Shown here: one piece after another, positions 35,761 to 46,777 of the stretch
Layout of the letters: each line of letters starts with the position of its first letter
Numbering within the stretch: position 1 is the stretch's first letter
Assembly (NCBI RefSeq): GCF_002113885.1
Contig: NW_018408761.1
Span: 997,580-1,061,579, forward strand
DNA from: Mizuhopecten yessoensis
Taxonomy: Eukaryota
DNA length: 64,000 nt
Reading direction: 5' to 3'
Made by a program: the position numbers and the translations under genes
The notes under the pieces: generated by a model
Databases searched by the model: none
What the model was told of the DNA's origin: nothing
Seen by the model: only the letters and a program-made list of their open reading frames with translations

Positions 35761-35920
35761 ATAAAATAAAACGAGTTCATTACAAAGCTGACAGGACCAA
35801 AAATGATGTATTCAATATCAATATCAATATTGATTATATTAGGAGACTGTAAGTGCAGAATTAAGTTCTTTGCAAAGGGGTTTTTAATGTGTGGTGGAAC
35901 TGGAATGGGTTGATTGTCGG

Positions 35921-36010
35921 TGGCCAGGTAGCTCAAATAGTAGTGTCTGTCTAGTGTTGTGAGGGTTCCAGGTTTGAACCCCAGTCTGGCCATTGCATTT
36001 CTGTTTTGCA
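35921..36010 (+). mobile_element. tRNA-derived SINE head (degenerate A and B boxes)
   Basis: GGCCAGGTAGCTCAAATAGTAG...GGTTCCAGGTTTGAACCCCAGTCTGGCCATTGCATTTC. A related, better preserved copy lies at 62690-62790. Confidence 0.45.
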
Positions 36011-36078
36011 ACAAATGTATTGTTGTGTCTGGTTGTAATTTGGTTAGTCTGTTTAATGAAGAAGGTAAAAAGGTTATA

Positions 36079-37118
36079 TTAGCTCACCTATGAGCTTATG
36101 GTATGGCGTGTTGTCACTCGTCTGTCATCCGCCCGTCATTGAGTCTGTCGTTCATCGTCCCATCAACGTTTTCTTTGAATGGCTTGTTCTCAAGAACTGG
36201 AGGACCTAGGGCCATGATATTTGTTCAGTAGGTACCTGGGACAGAGTGCTGTAATATTTTCTCAAATAAATGACCTTAACTTACTTTCTATGTCACAGGG
36301 GTTAAATATATAAAAAAACCTTTAAACAACTTCTTCTGAATAACCAGGAGGCCCAGAGTAATAATACTAGGTCAGTATGTACCTGGCATGAAGTGCTATA
36401 AAGTGTCCTCAAACAAATGACCTTGACTTACTTTCAAGGTCACAGGGGTCAAATGTGTTTAAAAACCTTTAAAACATCTTCTTCTGAATTTCTGAATAAC
36501 CAGTAGGCTAAGAGTCATGATATTTGGTTTGGCCAGTAGGTTCATGGGACAGAGTGCTATAAGTTTTCCTCCAATAAATAACCTTGACCTACTTTCAAGG
36601 TCATGGGTTAAATATGTAAAAAATAAATTAAACATCTTCTTCTAAATAACCAGGAAGCCCAAAGTAATAATACTTGGCCAGTAGGTACCTGGCATGAAGT
36701 GCTATAAAGTTTCCTCAAATAAATGATCTTGACATACTTTCAATGTCACAGGGTTCAAAATTGTAAAAATCTTTAAACAACTTCTTCTGAATAGCTAAGA
36801 GGCTTAGAGCAATGATATTTGGCTAGTAGGTACCTGGGACAGAATGCTATCACGTTTCCTCATATAAATTACCTAGACCTCCTTTACAGTCACAGGGTTC
36901 AAATATGTGAATACTTCTTCTGCAATACCAGGATGCCCTCATTGATGATGTTTGACAAGTAGCATGCTGGGATAGAGTAGTATAAAGCTTCATTTAGTCT
37001 GGAGCATTCTTAAGCCAAGGAAACTCAATATATTAAAATATTTACAAAAGTACTTTTATTGAGAATATTTTCCCATGATTGCTCAAATAACCAGGTGAGT
37101 GATAAGAGGGCCTCTTGT
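36079..37118 (+). mobile_element. Composite non-autonomous element, family A, with approximately 120-140-bp internal units
   Basis: Head TTAGCTCACCTATGAGCTTATGGTATGGCGTG. Tail AACCAGGTGAGTGATAAGAGGGCCTCTTGTA. The internal units are related to those at 20571-21494. Confidence 0.65.
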
Positions 37119-37340
37119 AAAATGATTAAAGAGTTTCTCCATTTCAGAATGTTGTCAGTCTGTTAGAGATATATATAGATGGTAATATTTGCCTCGGACA
37201 AATAACAAACTTACAATGTCGGATCATACCAAGGTAAATATCTCTTTGTAACAATAACAAACTTACAATGTCGGATCATAACAAGGTAAATATCTCTTTG
37301 TAACAATAACAAATTACAGCAACCATCATTTATTTTACAG

Positions 37341-37421
37341 GCCTATTTGAAGGCAACTGTGGACAACATGGAGGTTTCTACGATGGTAGCAACAACAGAA
37401 CTCAACATTACACAAGGAGAG
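37341..37421 (+). CDS. PARP4: PARP4-like exon 24
   Basis: Acceptor TTTATTTTACAG|. AYLKATVDNMEVSTMVATTELNITQGE (compare vertebrate ..EFRTMVSTTELQKTTGT). Donor GAG|GTAATC. Confidence 0.85.
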
Positions 37422-37803
37422 GTAATCAACATCAATTAGAAATGGAAAATGTATTCTATTATAATATCTCATTGCTTGTGAACAGAACTCCTTTTTCAAC
37501 ATCTCGTTCATTCAGATAAATTAAAGTCTATCTACCAGAAGCATAACATTTACATCAGACTTCCAAAGGTGAATTCAAAGCATTTCTCTTGGTTGTCATT
37601 TATATTTACTTGATATTTTGTACTTTACACCACAAGCTTTCTAGTTAATTAAATCAGATTATCAGGGCCCTAGCTGGTGATTTTTATGTGAGTAAATAAA
37701 TTCTACAACCTGTGTGAAAGTTTGATGGAATAGCAGCATTGAAAACAATGTTACCTGTTTTACATGTAGTTCTCTCCCCTGATTGGATATATTTTGTCCC
37801 CAG

Positions 37804-37884
37804 ATGCTGCATCAGCTGACGGCTCGTGCGGTGATCCGTGACTACGAGGATGGCATCCTTTGTGAGGACAAGATACAACAGCGG
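37804..37884 (+). CDS. PARP4: PARP4-like exon 25
   Basis: Acceptor TTTTGTCCCCAG|. MLHQLTARAVIRDYEDGILCEDKIQQR (compare vertebrate MIHKLAARALIRDYEDGILHE). Donor CGG|GTAGGT. Confidence 0.9.
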
Positions 37885-38640
37885 GTAGGTACTCGTGCAA
37901 ACATAATCTCTTATTTTGCAATTATTCAAATGCTATTGGTACAAATTCTCAAGAAACACAAAAAAAAAAATCATAACATTAAATTACTTTTGAATAATTG
38001 AAATAATACAGAGTTGGCTGTTGGCTGTCATTGACCGTGACAAAAGGTGGATTGTTGTTCTGATGGTACTTACCAAACATACAAAACTTGTTTGCAAAGC
38101 TGTCCTTTCTGGTTTGGTCCTCTATACATCAACTAGCCAAAGATATTGCAATGATTCCCATGAAGGTTTTGTTGTAATGATTGAATCATTGCAATTAACT
38201 TAGTCATGATGAATGGATACAACCAATATTTCAGATCTAGTATTATCAAAGTTTTGTTAGTGTATAACCTGTTTCTCCATGATCAAAGAATTTTAACGTG
38301 TTTGGTGCCAACTCATGCTGGATATCTTATAGACTCTATACTGCAGATAACTCTGACCAAGATCACTGTTTCCAAGTGCTTCCATTGTGCTAAACCCTTG
38401 GTTAACGGTTACTATCCCATTGTTCTATAGATTAACCTGAAGAGAAATTCCATCTAGCCGAATCAGTAACAAAGTTTCTAAATAATTCACCACTTTGACA
38501 TAGCCCTCCATGGAAGGACCTGACCCCTAAGACTTCAGTGACAACCATAATTATGCCTTTAAGAGTAAGGCTAAAGAGATGATAAAACATAGTATTGTGA
38601 TCACATTGTAAGCACCAGTGTATACGTAACTGAGATCCTT

Positions 38641-39365
38641 ATTTCTCTTACCCTGGACAGGTGTATACACACTTTTCCTGTTGTGAGTTTATAATAGAAT
38701 CTTTCACCCCAAAGGGTGAGATGAGGGAATCTCAACCCGAGGGGGAAGATTCTTAAGTTGACAGCAAAGCCTCAGGTTCGGCAACTTAGGAGAATCTCAA
38801 CCATTCTTTCCCTGAGGGTTGAGATTCTCCTATCTCACCCCCAGGGGGATGAGAGATTATTTTTCTCTTACCCTGTTCTTGCATTGTGTATAATATACAT
38901 ATTGTAATGTTACAGGCTAAATTCAGGGTTGACGTGACGTTGATGGATTGTTTATGTGACGTCATACCATTGTTATGAATAGGGGAATCCCCCCGTTTCA
39001 ACCCTAGGGTGTGACATTGATATATCACACCGGTAAAAGTGTGGATACACCTGTCCAGGGTAAGAGAAATCCTTGTCTTTCCTAGGGTTGAGACGGGGGG
39101 ATTCCCCTATTCATAACAACTGTATGACGTTACGTCAACATTACATCAGCATCATGTCAACAACGTATTATATGATACACAATGAGTGAACAGGGTATTA
39201 AGAGAAAAATAATTATTGACCCGCTTGTGGTTGAGATTGGGGAAATATTCTTAAGTTGCCTTACACTCGGCAAAACCTCATGTTTGTCAACTTAAGAATC
39301 GTCCCCATCATGTTGAGATTCCGCTATCTCACCCGCAAGGGGTGAGAGATTCTATTATTCCAAGT
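38641..39365. mobile_element. Long imperfect palindrome / foldback element in intron 25
   Basis: TTTCTCTTACCCTGGACAGGTGTATACACACTTTT (38641-38675) versus AAAAGTGTGGATACACCTGTCCAGGGTAAGAGAAA (39035-39069). Also about 38690-39010 is mirrored as a reverse complement at about 39078-39365. For example, TTGTTATGAATAGGGGAATCCCCCCGTTTCAACCCTAGG matches CCTAGGGTTGAGACGGGGGGATTCCCCTATTCATAACAA. Confidence 0.65.
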
Positions 39366-39537
39366 TCACCCGCTAGGTCTCTAATCCAGATTTACAAAAT
39401 TCAAATCCATTCTAAACTTTCTCCTAATTATCAGAGTCAACAAGTGATTAGATGCTTCTCTACTTTGACAATCAGAAAGCCAGTACTAGCTGAATAAGTT
39501 CTCAGAATTGATTTCAGTATGAACTGTGCTTCTTCAG

Positions 39538-39639
39538 GTGCTGAAACAGGAGAGAAAGAACACCATTATACAGCTGAGCACGGAGTACTCCATTGTGACC
39601 CCCTACACCAGCTTTGTGGCCATTGAGGAAAGAGATCAG
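39538..39639 (+). CDS. PARP4: PARP4-like exon 26
   Basis: Acceptor GTGCTTCTTCAG|. VLKQERKNTIIQLSTEYSIVTPYTSFVAIEERDQ (compare vertebrate ..LSKENSLITQFTSFVAVEKRDE). Donor CAG|GTATTT. Confidence 0.9.
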
Positions 39640-40474
39640 GTATTTACAGTGTTAATAACTTGTATCTCTTGTACAGATCTGGGAAATATTAAGGGATTCC
39701 TTTACAACCTTTGGTTGGTTGGTTCACATGTTTATCAGTCAGTGTGGGGGAGGGGGGTTAAGTGGCCTTTACAAACCCTCCTAGTCATGTGTGTCTATGC
39801 ATGATCCCCACGGCACTCCTATCCCTAAGCAATCCTGTGAATGCTTCTTATATATATATTTATATACCAGATGCAAATTAAAGTCAACCTGTCTTTGTCA
39901 GCACCTCTGTTAATAAGCAGACACTTCTCTAATCCTGCCACTGTTAAGGAATATAGTACTGTATAACATGAAATGTTCGATGTGTATAAACATTCGAGGT
40001 TTTCGTGGTTTCTATTGAATCACGAAAATAAATTCAAACAAATTTGAATGATATAAGTGTCTACTGTTTGTTATTATAGGATATCCACAAAAGTTTGTAC
40101 CATGAAACGATCTAAATGGCTTCAATCCACTAAGGAAAATAGCCACGAACATTTTGTGTTATACAGTATTATAGTTATAGTCAAACAATTAATTAGAACT
40201 TGTATAATAGCCACTTGTATTCAGCAGCCACTTTTGACGATCCCTAAATCAGGTTTTACCATACAATACCTTGTCGATCTTGAATAACTAGGCCCACTGA
40301 GGACGACTCATCTTACATATGAAACAACATCTGTTGATATCTGAAATAACACACAAAATTGTCCAACTGTAATGACTTTTTTATGCTGCTTGACATTGTT
40401 TTATCATATTATTGAACTTTTTATCAAACAGCACATGAAAACATAAAATTGTTTGTGTTTCTTACCATTGTCAG

Positions 40475-40582
40475 GATGAGCAGATAACAGATGGACCATC
40501 TATTGATGACCTGGTTGCTGAGGAATCTGTAGACATTTTGGATTATGTAGGCTGGCAGAACCCTGATTTCTTTGATGAAAAG
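40475..40582 (+). CDS. PARP4: PARP4-like exon 27
   Basis: Acceptor CTTACCATTGTCAG|. DEQITDGPSIDDLVAEESVDILDYVGWQNPDFFDEK (compare vertebrate ..ELIAKEDVDFLPYMSWQGEPQ). Donor AAG|GTAAGT. Confidence 0.75.
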
Positions 40583-41235
40583 GTAAGTTCACCATAACTC
40601 TCTCTTTTTGTTAGATTCCTGATGATACCTGATTTAGTTTGTTTTAAATTTTCAAAATTCTTCATTAATAGGTTTGAATATTTTGATATGGTGAAATGTC
40701 AGGATATGTTAGTTAAAAGAAATTCTGTAGAATTTTCACTTCAAAATTGTAGAAATAATTGGGTCCCAGTGGAGGATTTAAAGTAAATCTTGTAAATTCT
40801 ATTCCTTTAGTACCAATGTAAGGATATTCTTTTTATTAATGGAGGGTGTGGACCCACTTAGGGCTGAGAGACAGGGCTCAGTTAGGGAAGTAATGTCAAA
40901 TAAAAACTTGAAAATCCTATTCCTTTGATACTGGTTAAGTTCTTTTTACCAAAGTTATTCTGTGCTCCTTAAGGGGACTCAATAATGTATTAATGGAGGG
41001 TGTCGACCCTCTGAGGGTGGAGTGGCAGGGCTCAATTCGAAAAATAAAATGTTATTCTTCCTTTTTCAGTACTGGTTAAGGGATTTTAACCAAATTTGGT
41101 CTTGGGGCTTAGGGGAGGGAATTGATTGTTGCATAAACATTTAAGTGTGTAGCACAACAAAATTATGAATAAAAGTGAAGTACAATAAGATCAACATAGC
41201 ATTTAATTTTGTTTGCTTGTTTGATTCTGATCTAG

Positions 41236-41382
41236 GAGCCAGAAGAAATTGTAGAGGAACTGTTAAGAAAAGCTTTGATTGCAGAGAGCTTCTCACAACA
41301 GGAGGCAAATAGAACCTATGCCTCTATCTTAGATTACAAATCCTGTCTTCAAAACGATGCCAACAACGAACTCAAAGAAAAG
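41236..41382 (+). CDS. PARP4: PARP4-like exon 28 (lineage-specific linker; no homology recognised)
   Basis: Acceptor TTGATTCTGATCTAG|. EPEEIVEELLRKALIAESFSQQEANRTYASILDYKSCLQNDANNELKEK. Donor AAG|GTAACT. Phase 0 to 0. Confidence 0.6.
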
Positions 41383-41443
41383 GTAACTGCACTGAATTTG
41401 ATGAAAAACAAGTCAGCCATACTTTATAATTTGTCATTGCTTT

Positions 41444-41855
41444 TTATGCACCTACCATAAAATGGGGGGGGGGGGGGGCATATATAGTGTTGCCCATGTC
41501 TGTCCTGTCCCGTTCCGGTTCAATGTAAACACCCGTCCCGTCCCATCCCATCCCGTCACTCTTGTTGGCCCTTGCCACAACTCATACTGATCACTCTTGT
41601 TGGCCCTTGCCACAACTCATACTGATCACTCTAGATCTTGTTGGCCCTTGTTACAACTCATACTGATCATTCTTGTTGGCCCTTGTTACAACTCATACTG
41701 ATCACTCTTGTTGGCCCGGATGTTAGCGTGCAGGGAGTCTTACTGTTGGAGGAAACTAGTGTTCCCGGAGAAAACCCACATGATCGGGTTGGTGACCCAT
41801 ACCTTTTCACGTCTGATTGGGGAATCGAACCCTGGCCGCCTTAGTGAAATTGAAC
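41444..41855. mobile_element. Element sharing its head with 57419-58000 (TTATGC.CC.ACCATAAAATGGGG..GGCATATATAGTGTT.CCCATGTCTGTCC); poly-G tract, 4 copies of a 30-bp unit, tRNA-like end
   Basis: G14 run at about 41466-41479. Four copies of CTCTTGTTGGCCCTTGCCACAACTCATACTGATCA. The right end, ..GGGGAATCGAACCCTGGCCGCC, is the reverse complement of a T-arm-like GGGTTCGATTCCCC. The right boundary is uncertain. Confidence 0.45.
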
Positions 41856-41999
41856 ATTGATTAACGTGTAAGTTCATAGACTAAATTGAATAATGTGTCA
41901 AGACAGTCCTTGTAAAGCTTATATACATATATACTTAAATCAAGTGTTGAACAAGCTGGGAAGTATATATTTTTACCTTGTATGTTTTTGTTTTCAAAG

Positions 42000-42087
42000 G
42001 TTATGGAAGCAGCTGAAAGATTTTTCTCCTGTTCTAAAGATGACATTAGCCAAAATATGTTGGCAGAGTTTCGGAAAAGTTTTCCTT
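42000..42087 (+). CDS. PARP4: PARP4-like exon 29 (leader of the ubiquitin-like module)
   Basis: Acceptor GTTTTTGTTTTCAAAG|. VMEAAERFFSCSKDDISQNMLAEFRKSFP(F). Donor CCTT|GTAAGT, phase 1. This is the only frame compatible with both neighbouring exons. It contains an in-frame ATG at 42003. Confidence 0.6.
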
Positions 42088-42549
42088 GTAAGTATTAAAA
42101 TATGTTACTTAATATGTAAATGAGTGATAAGCTAGACAGACTATCCTGTATGTGCAGATTTGGCAGAGAAGTTAACACTCATGTCTCCCACAAACGCTGG
42201 AATGCAATCCCTTGAGCTATTTTAGCATGGATTTTCATTCCTCAGAGCTTTTGCAGCATAGATTTTTCAGAGAACATGTTTTTCTCCAATAATCCAGACG
42301 GAGAATTAAATTGTCTGCAGTGGGTGCTATAGTGACTGGGATGTAACAATCAAGTGAGATGTCACTGTGGTGAAAGATTTAATTAATACACCAGCCCACT
42401 GCACGACACAAACAAATGGAGATTTAGACGGAGCCTTTCCTTCTAATGTCTGTAGTTACTGTGTACCAGATGTTGATAATACTCTTTTCATATCAAAATA
42501 TATTTTGAAAAAAGAATTGATGAAAGTTTTACATTTATTCCCATTGCAG

Positions 42550-42726
42550 TCCCAATCGAGATACACACCCTGACTGGTAGGACTATCCCCGTGAGTGTGT
42601 CCGAGGGCGACACCGTGTCTGACTTGAAGAATAAGATCCATCAGATAGATGGACTTGACCCAGAGCAGCAGAGATTGATTGTTGGTGGGAAACCGCTGAA
42701 GGATCTCGCTGTTCTCTCCGATCTTG
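42550..42726 (+). CDS. PARP4: PARP4-like exon 30 (ubiquitin-like domain, first three quarters)
   Basis: Acceptor TTATTCCCATTGCAG|. (F)PIEIHTLTGRTIPVSVSEGDTVSDLKNKIHQIDGLDPEQQRLIVGGKPLKDLAVLSDL, which aligns with ubiquitin [58 protein letters not shown]. Donor CTTG|GTAATT, phase 1. Confidence 0.85.
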
Positions 42727-42744
42727 GTAATTATACCCCACATA

Positions 42745-43166
42745 ACGTTGTATAAACGGTGGGTCTGATCCCCATTTGGGACAGAGAGGCGGGGCTTTAA
42801 TATCCTTCTTCTTCCGTTGGGATGAAGGTATTTTGACCAAACTTGAACAGTAGCATCCTATGGGGAAGGGAAATCCATATTAGGTCTAATGCATCCTTGG
42901 GTGAAGGGGACCTAATTTTGTATCAATTGTGGGTCTAACCCTCCTATGGGCAAAGGGGCGGGGCCCAATAGAGGAAACATAGCAAATTCTTCAAATCCTC
43001 CTTTTCCTGTAGGAATGACAAGATTTTGTCCAATTGCATATAAATATAATCCCTGACTAATCATGTAATACATGTACATTTCCAGCATCATCTGGCTATT
43101 TCAACTTCAATTTTGCTAACATTTCCAGGTGAGCTATACAGGTCCTCTGGGCCTCTTGTTTTTTTT
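42745..43166 (+). mobile_element. Family A element, 5'-truncated, starting about 18 bp after the exon 30 donor
   Basis: Units of the ..TGTATAAA..GTGGGTCT.....CC......GGG.....GGGGC....AATAG.GGAAA type. Tail TTCCAGGTGAGCTATACAGGTCCTCTGGGCCTCTTGTTTTTT. Confidence 0.55.
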
Positions 43167-43239
43167 ATTTTATGAAACTCAACAAATGTAATCTTACACC
43201 ACACTCTGAAGTGTTGCTTTTCTTTTTTTCATCAAATAG

Positions 43240-43925
43240 TGGGCTGTTCAAATCACTATTCATCTGTGGTCTGTCTTCCATTCATCATTCAGTCCATCCA
43301 TCCATCCATTTGTCCTTAAACAATTCTTGATAGTGCTATTTCTCAGAGAGATCTTTCTCAAGTTTCACCTGAAGGTTCCCTTTGTTCCCTAGTTATGCTT
43401 ATCAAATTAAGGGTCCTGACAAAGTGTTGTTATTTTTCGGGTCGATCAAAATTCCAATATGGCCGACATGGCCACCATTTTGAAAAAAAACAATTTCAAA
43501 CTTAAGGTCAAGTTCTGCTGGGCCGATTAAACTTAAACTTTTTAGGAATGATCGACTTATTGTCCTGACAAAGTGTTGTTATATTTCGGGTCAATCAGAA
43601 ATCCAATATGGCCACCACGGCCCCCATTTTGAAAAACTATTTCAAACTTAAAGTCAAGTTCTAATGGGCCGATTAAACTGAAACTTTGTAGGAATGATCG
43701 ACTCATGGTCCTGACAAAGTGTTGTTATTTTTCGGGTCGATCAGAAATACAATTTGGCTGCCATGGCCGCTATTTTGAAAATAACTATTTCAAACTTAAA
43801 ATCAAGTTCTAATAGGCCCATTTAACTGAAACTCTTTCTAAGAATGATCAGCTCATGGTCCTGACAAACTTAAGTTAACGTTATACTTAACTATTTTTTA
43901 CTCAAATTGGTACATATTTCAACAA
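43240..43925 (+). mobile_element. Family B element (approximately 131-bp units, about 3.5 copies), 3'-truncated
   Basis: Same GGTCCTGACAAAGTGTTGTTATTTTTCGGGTCGATCA.AAAT.CAATATGGCC...GCC.CCATTTTGAAAA units as 6443-6886. No tail motif. Confidence 0.55.
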
Positions 43926-44738
43926 CAACAAAAAATCTTGGATTTCAACAGTTCAGTTTGTTGTCACTTTTTCCCATAAAGTCCTTAAACAATAAGCATT
44001 GTACTAGTAAATAGGTAAAACAACCAGCTCGCTTTGAAAGAACAGTGTCATACACAGCAGAATGAAGGCTTTGCTCAAAAGTTACCACAATTAAGGTGCG
44101 TTACTGTTAACGTGACTCAATCTTACAGATAAGAGAGAAAAGAAGAATCTTACATAGAATCTATGAAGATAATAAGAATAATATCTTTTATTTAACCAGG
44201 GTTACATATTTAGACAATGTCTAGTTTACAATATGGCGCTGAAGCAAACTATATATACAAGCATGACAACAATTTAAGATAACAGTATAACACTGCAGTA
44301 TATGGTATCATCACAGTCAATGTAACTTGAAGTTAAGTAATCCTAAATTAGAATTTAATAGTGAACACTTGCATATCACACGAGTGTTACTGAATGATAT
44401 GGTTAAAGCATAGTCAAATATACATAATATGTTAATATGGCAAAGCGTAAAAAATGACAAGATATACACCAATTAGTCCAATATAGTGTGTATTAAAATG
44501 AGACAAAGAAGTCGGTGGTGTGAAAAATAATAATTTATGATAGAAATATGATGGTACGATAGTCGGTGTCAAGGTCCCCCGGGGATCTCTTGTTTTAAAA
44601 GACAGAAAGATGTGAAAATGAAAATAAAGCATTAATGGGGAAAATAAAACACGAACTGCTAAAGAGGTTAATGTCGTTTTCTTTAAGGCAGTGGCCAATC
44701 ATATCGTCCACAGTCATATCTAAAAGCAGATCTATGCT

Positions 44739-46463
44739 TTTTAGCTCACCGGCCTGAAGGGCAAGTGAGCTTATGCTATGGCGCGGCGTCAGGCATCCGT
44801 CATCTTTTCCTAAAAAACGCTACTTGTCATAAACGACTGAGCAGATTTTGACCAAATTTGGTCAGAAGCATCCTTATGGGAAGGGGAACAAATTTTGTAT
44901 AAATGGTGGGTCTGGCCCCCTAGGGGCTGAGGGGTGGGGCCCAATAGGGAAAATATAGCAAATTCTTTAAAATCCTTCTTCTTTTGTAGGAATAAAAGGA
45001 TTGGTTCCATATTTGGTCTGAAGCATCCTTGGGGGAAGAGGAACCAATTTTGTATAAATGGGGGGTCTGGCCCCTGAGGGGCCTGAGCGACAGGCCAAAT
45101 AGGGGAAACATAGCAAATTCTTTAAAATCCTTCTTCTGTAGGAATGAAAGGATTTGTTCCATATTTAGTCTTAAGCATCCTTGGGTTAAGGGGAACCAAT
45201 TTTGTATAAACTGTGGGTCTGGCCCCTTTGGGGCCTGAGCGACGGGGCCCAATAGGGGAAACATAGCAAATTCTTTAAAATCTTTCTTCTGCAGGAATGA
45301 AAGGATTTGTTCCATATTTGGTCTGAAGCATCCTTGGGTGAAGTGGAACCGATTTTGTATAAGCAAGGGGTCTAGCCCCCATGGATCTGAGGGGCGGGGC
45401 CAAAAGGGGTCAATTGCGCTATATTGATTTAAGCGACTTCTTCTCTGGAACTAAGAGATGGATATCAACCATATTTGACTGGAAGCATCCCTCTGTAGTG
45501 GAGATTCACAATTGTACAAATGGTTGGGCTGACATCCCAGGGGGCTGAGGTGCGGGTCCAAAAGGGCGCAATTTGGCTATATTGGTGTACGACTTCTTCT
45601 GTAGCATTATACCATGGATATCGATCATATTTGGTCAGAAGCTTTCATGGGAAGTAGGGATTCAAAATTGTACAAATGGTGGGGCTGACCCCCCGTGCTA
45701 AGGGGTGGGGCCAAAAAAAGTTTATTACTTGGAAATGGTTGAGATCCCAACCATATAACCATATATATAATTGTGGAGTATGAAGAGAAGCATTCACATT
45801 TGCTTCAAGGATGGCCTAGGGTCTGGCCCCACCCTTTGAGACATAGTCCCTGGGTCATATCTTTGAAACGATTGAGATCCGCACCCCAGAACTATATATA
45901 CAAATGCTTGGCATAAAGAGACAAAAGTAGTCATGGTATTAAAATAGACCCTGGGGTCTGACCGAACCCCTAGGGACCTAGTTTCTTAGTCACAGCTTCG
46001 AAACAGTTGAGATCCCCACCCTATAACTATGCATATATACAATTGCTGAGTATAAAGAGATGAATGCACATATGCTTCCAGGATGGCCTTGGGGTCTGCC
46101 CAAACTTTGCAGACTTAACCCCTGGGTAAATATAACTTTGAAACAGTTGAGATCCCCACCCCAAGACTATAAATACAAATGCTAGACAAAAAGAGACGAA
46201 TATAGTCATGATATTATAATTGATCCTGGCGTCTGGCCACAACCCGAGGGATCTAGTTTCTGAGTCACAGCTTGGAAACAGTTGAGATCCCCACCCCATT
46301 ACCATACATTAAATTGCTGGGCATGAAAAATCTAATACAGACATACTACAAGAATTGACATTGGGGTCTGGCATATACCCTTGGATCTCATTTGGAGAAT
46401 ATTTTGCTTTTTGATTGCTTAGATATTCAGGTGAGGAATTCAGGCCCTCTGTGCCTCTTGTTT
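44739..46463 (+). mobile_element. Long family A composite element (three different internal tandem arrays), ending about 130 bp upstream of exon 31
   Basis: Head TTTTTAGCTCACCGGCCTGAAGGGCAAGTGAGCTTATGCTATGGCGCGGCGTC. Internal arrays of about 120 bp (44860-45400), about 165 bp (45400-45720) and about 150 bp (45720-46320). Tail TTCAGGTGAGGAATTCAGGCCCTCTGTGCCTCTTGTTT. Confidence 0.7.
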
Positions 46464-46593
46464 ACCATAAGAATACATCATATTTGATTGAGAGGATGTG
46501 CTTTTAGAGGTGGCAGCTGTTTTGATACAACGTTATGTGAGGGCATGAGTTAGCCTCTATATAACAATTGTATTTTTTTTCTATATTCTTCAG

Positions 46594-46694
46594 ATCTGGA
46601 GTATAATGCTGTCTTCCTGTTACCAAGGCTGCGAGGGGGACTTAGTTTTGGTCTCAAGGAAGATTTGAAAACAAAGCGTATTCTCGCGGAAAAC
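46594..46694 (+). CDS. PARP4: PARP4-like exon 31 (ubiquitin-like domain C-terminus with RLRGG)
   Basis: Acceptor TTTTCTATATTCTTCAG|. (D)LEYNAVFLLPRLRGGLSFGLKEDLKTKRILAEN. RLRGG is at 46626-46640. Donor AAC|GTATGA, phase 0. Read-through of the donor gives V then TGA. Confidence 0.8.
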
Positions 46695-46777
46695 GTATGA
46701 TATGACAATAAGACATAAAATGTGGATTCCACTCTCAAAAATCTAAGGGTGGGGTAGAAAGTGGTTTATTGGACATT

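Noticed and set aside
42456-42840. - strand ORFs (42456-42743, 42583-42840) overlapping the ubiquitin-like exon
   Set aside because: These are antisense-frame openness over a coding exon plus adjacent repeat. The + strand frame has clear ubiquitin similarity and splice sites.
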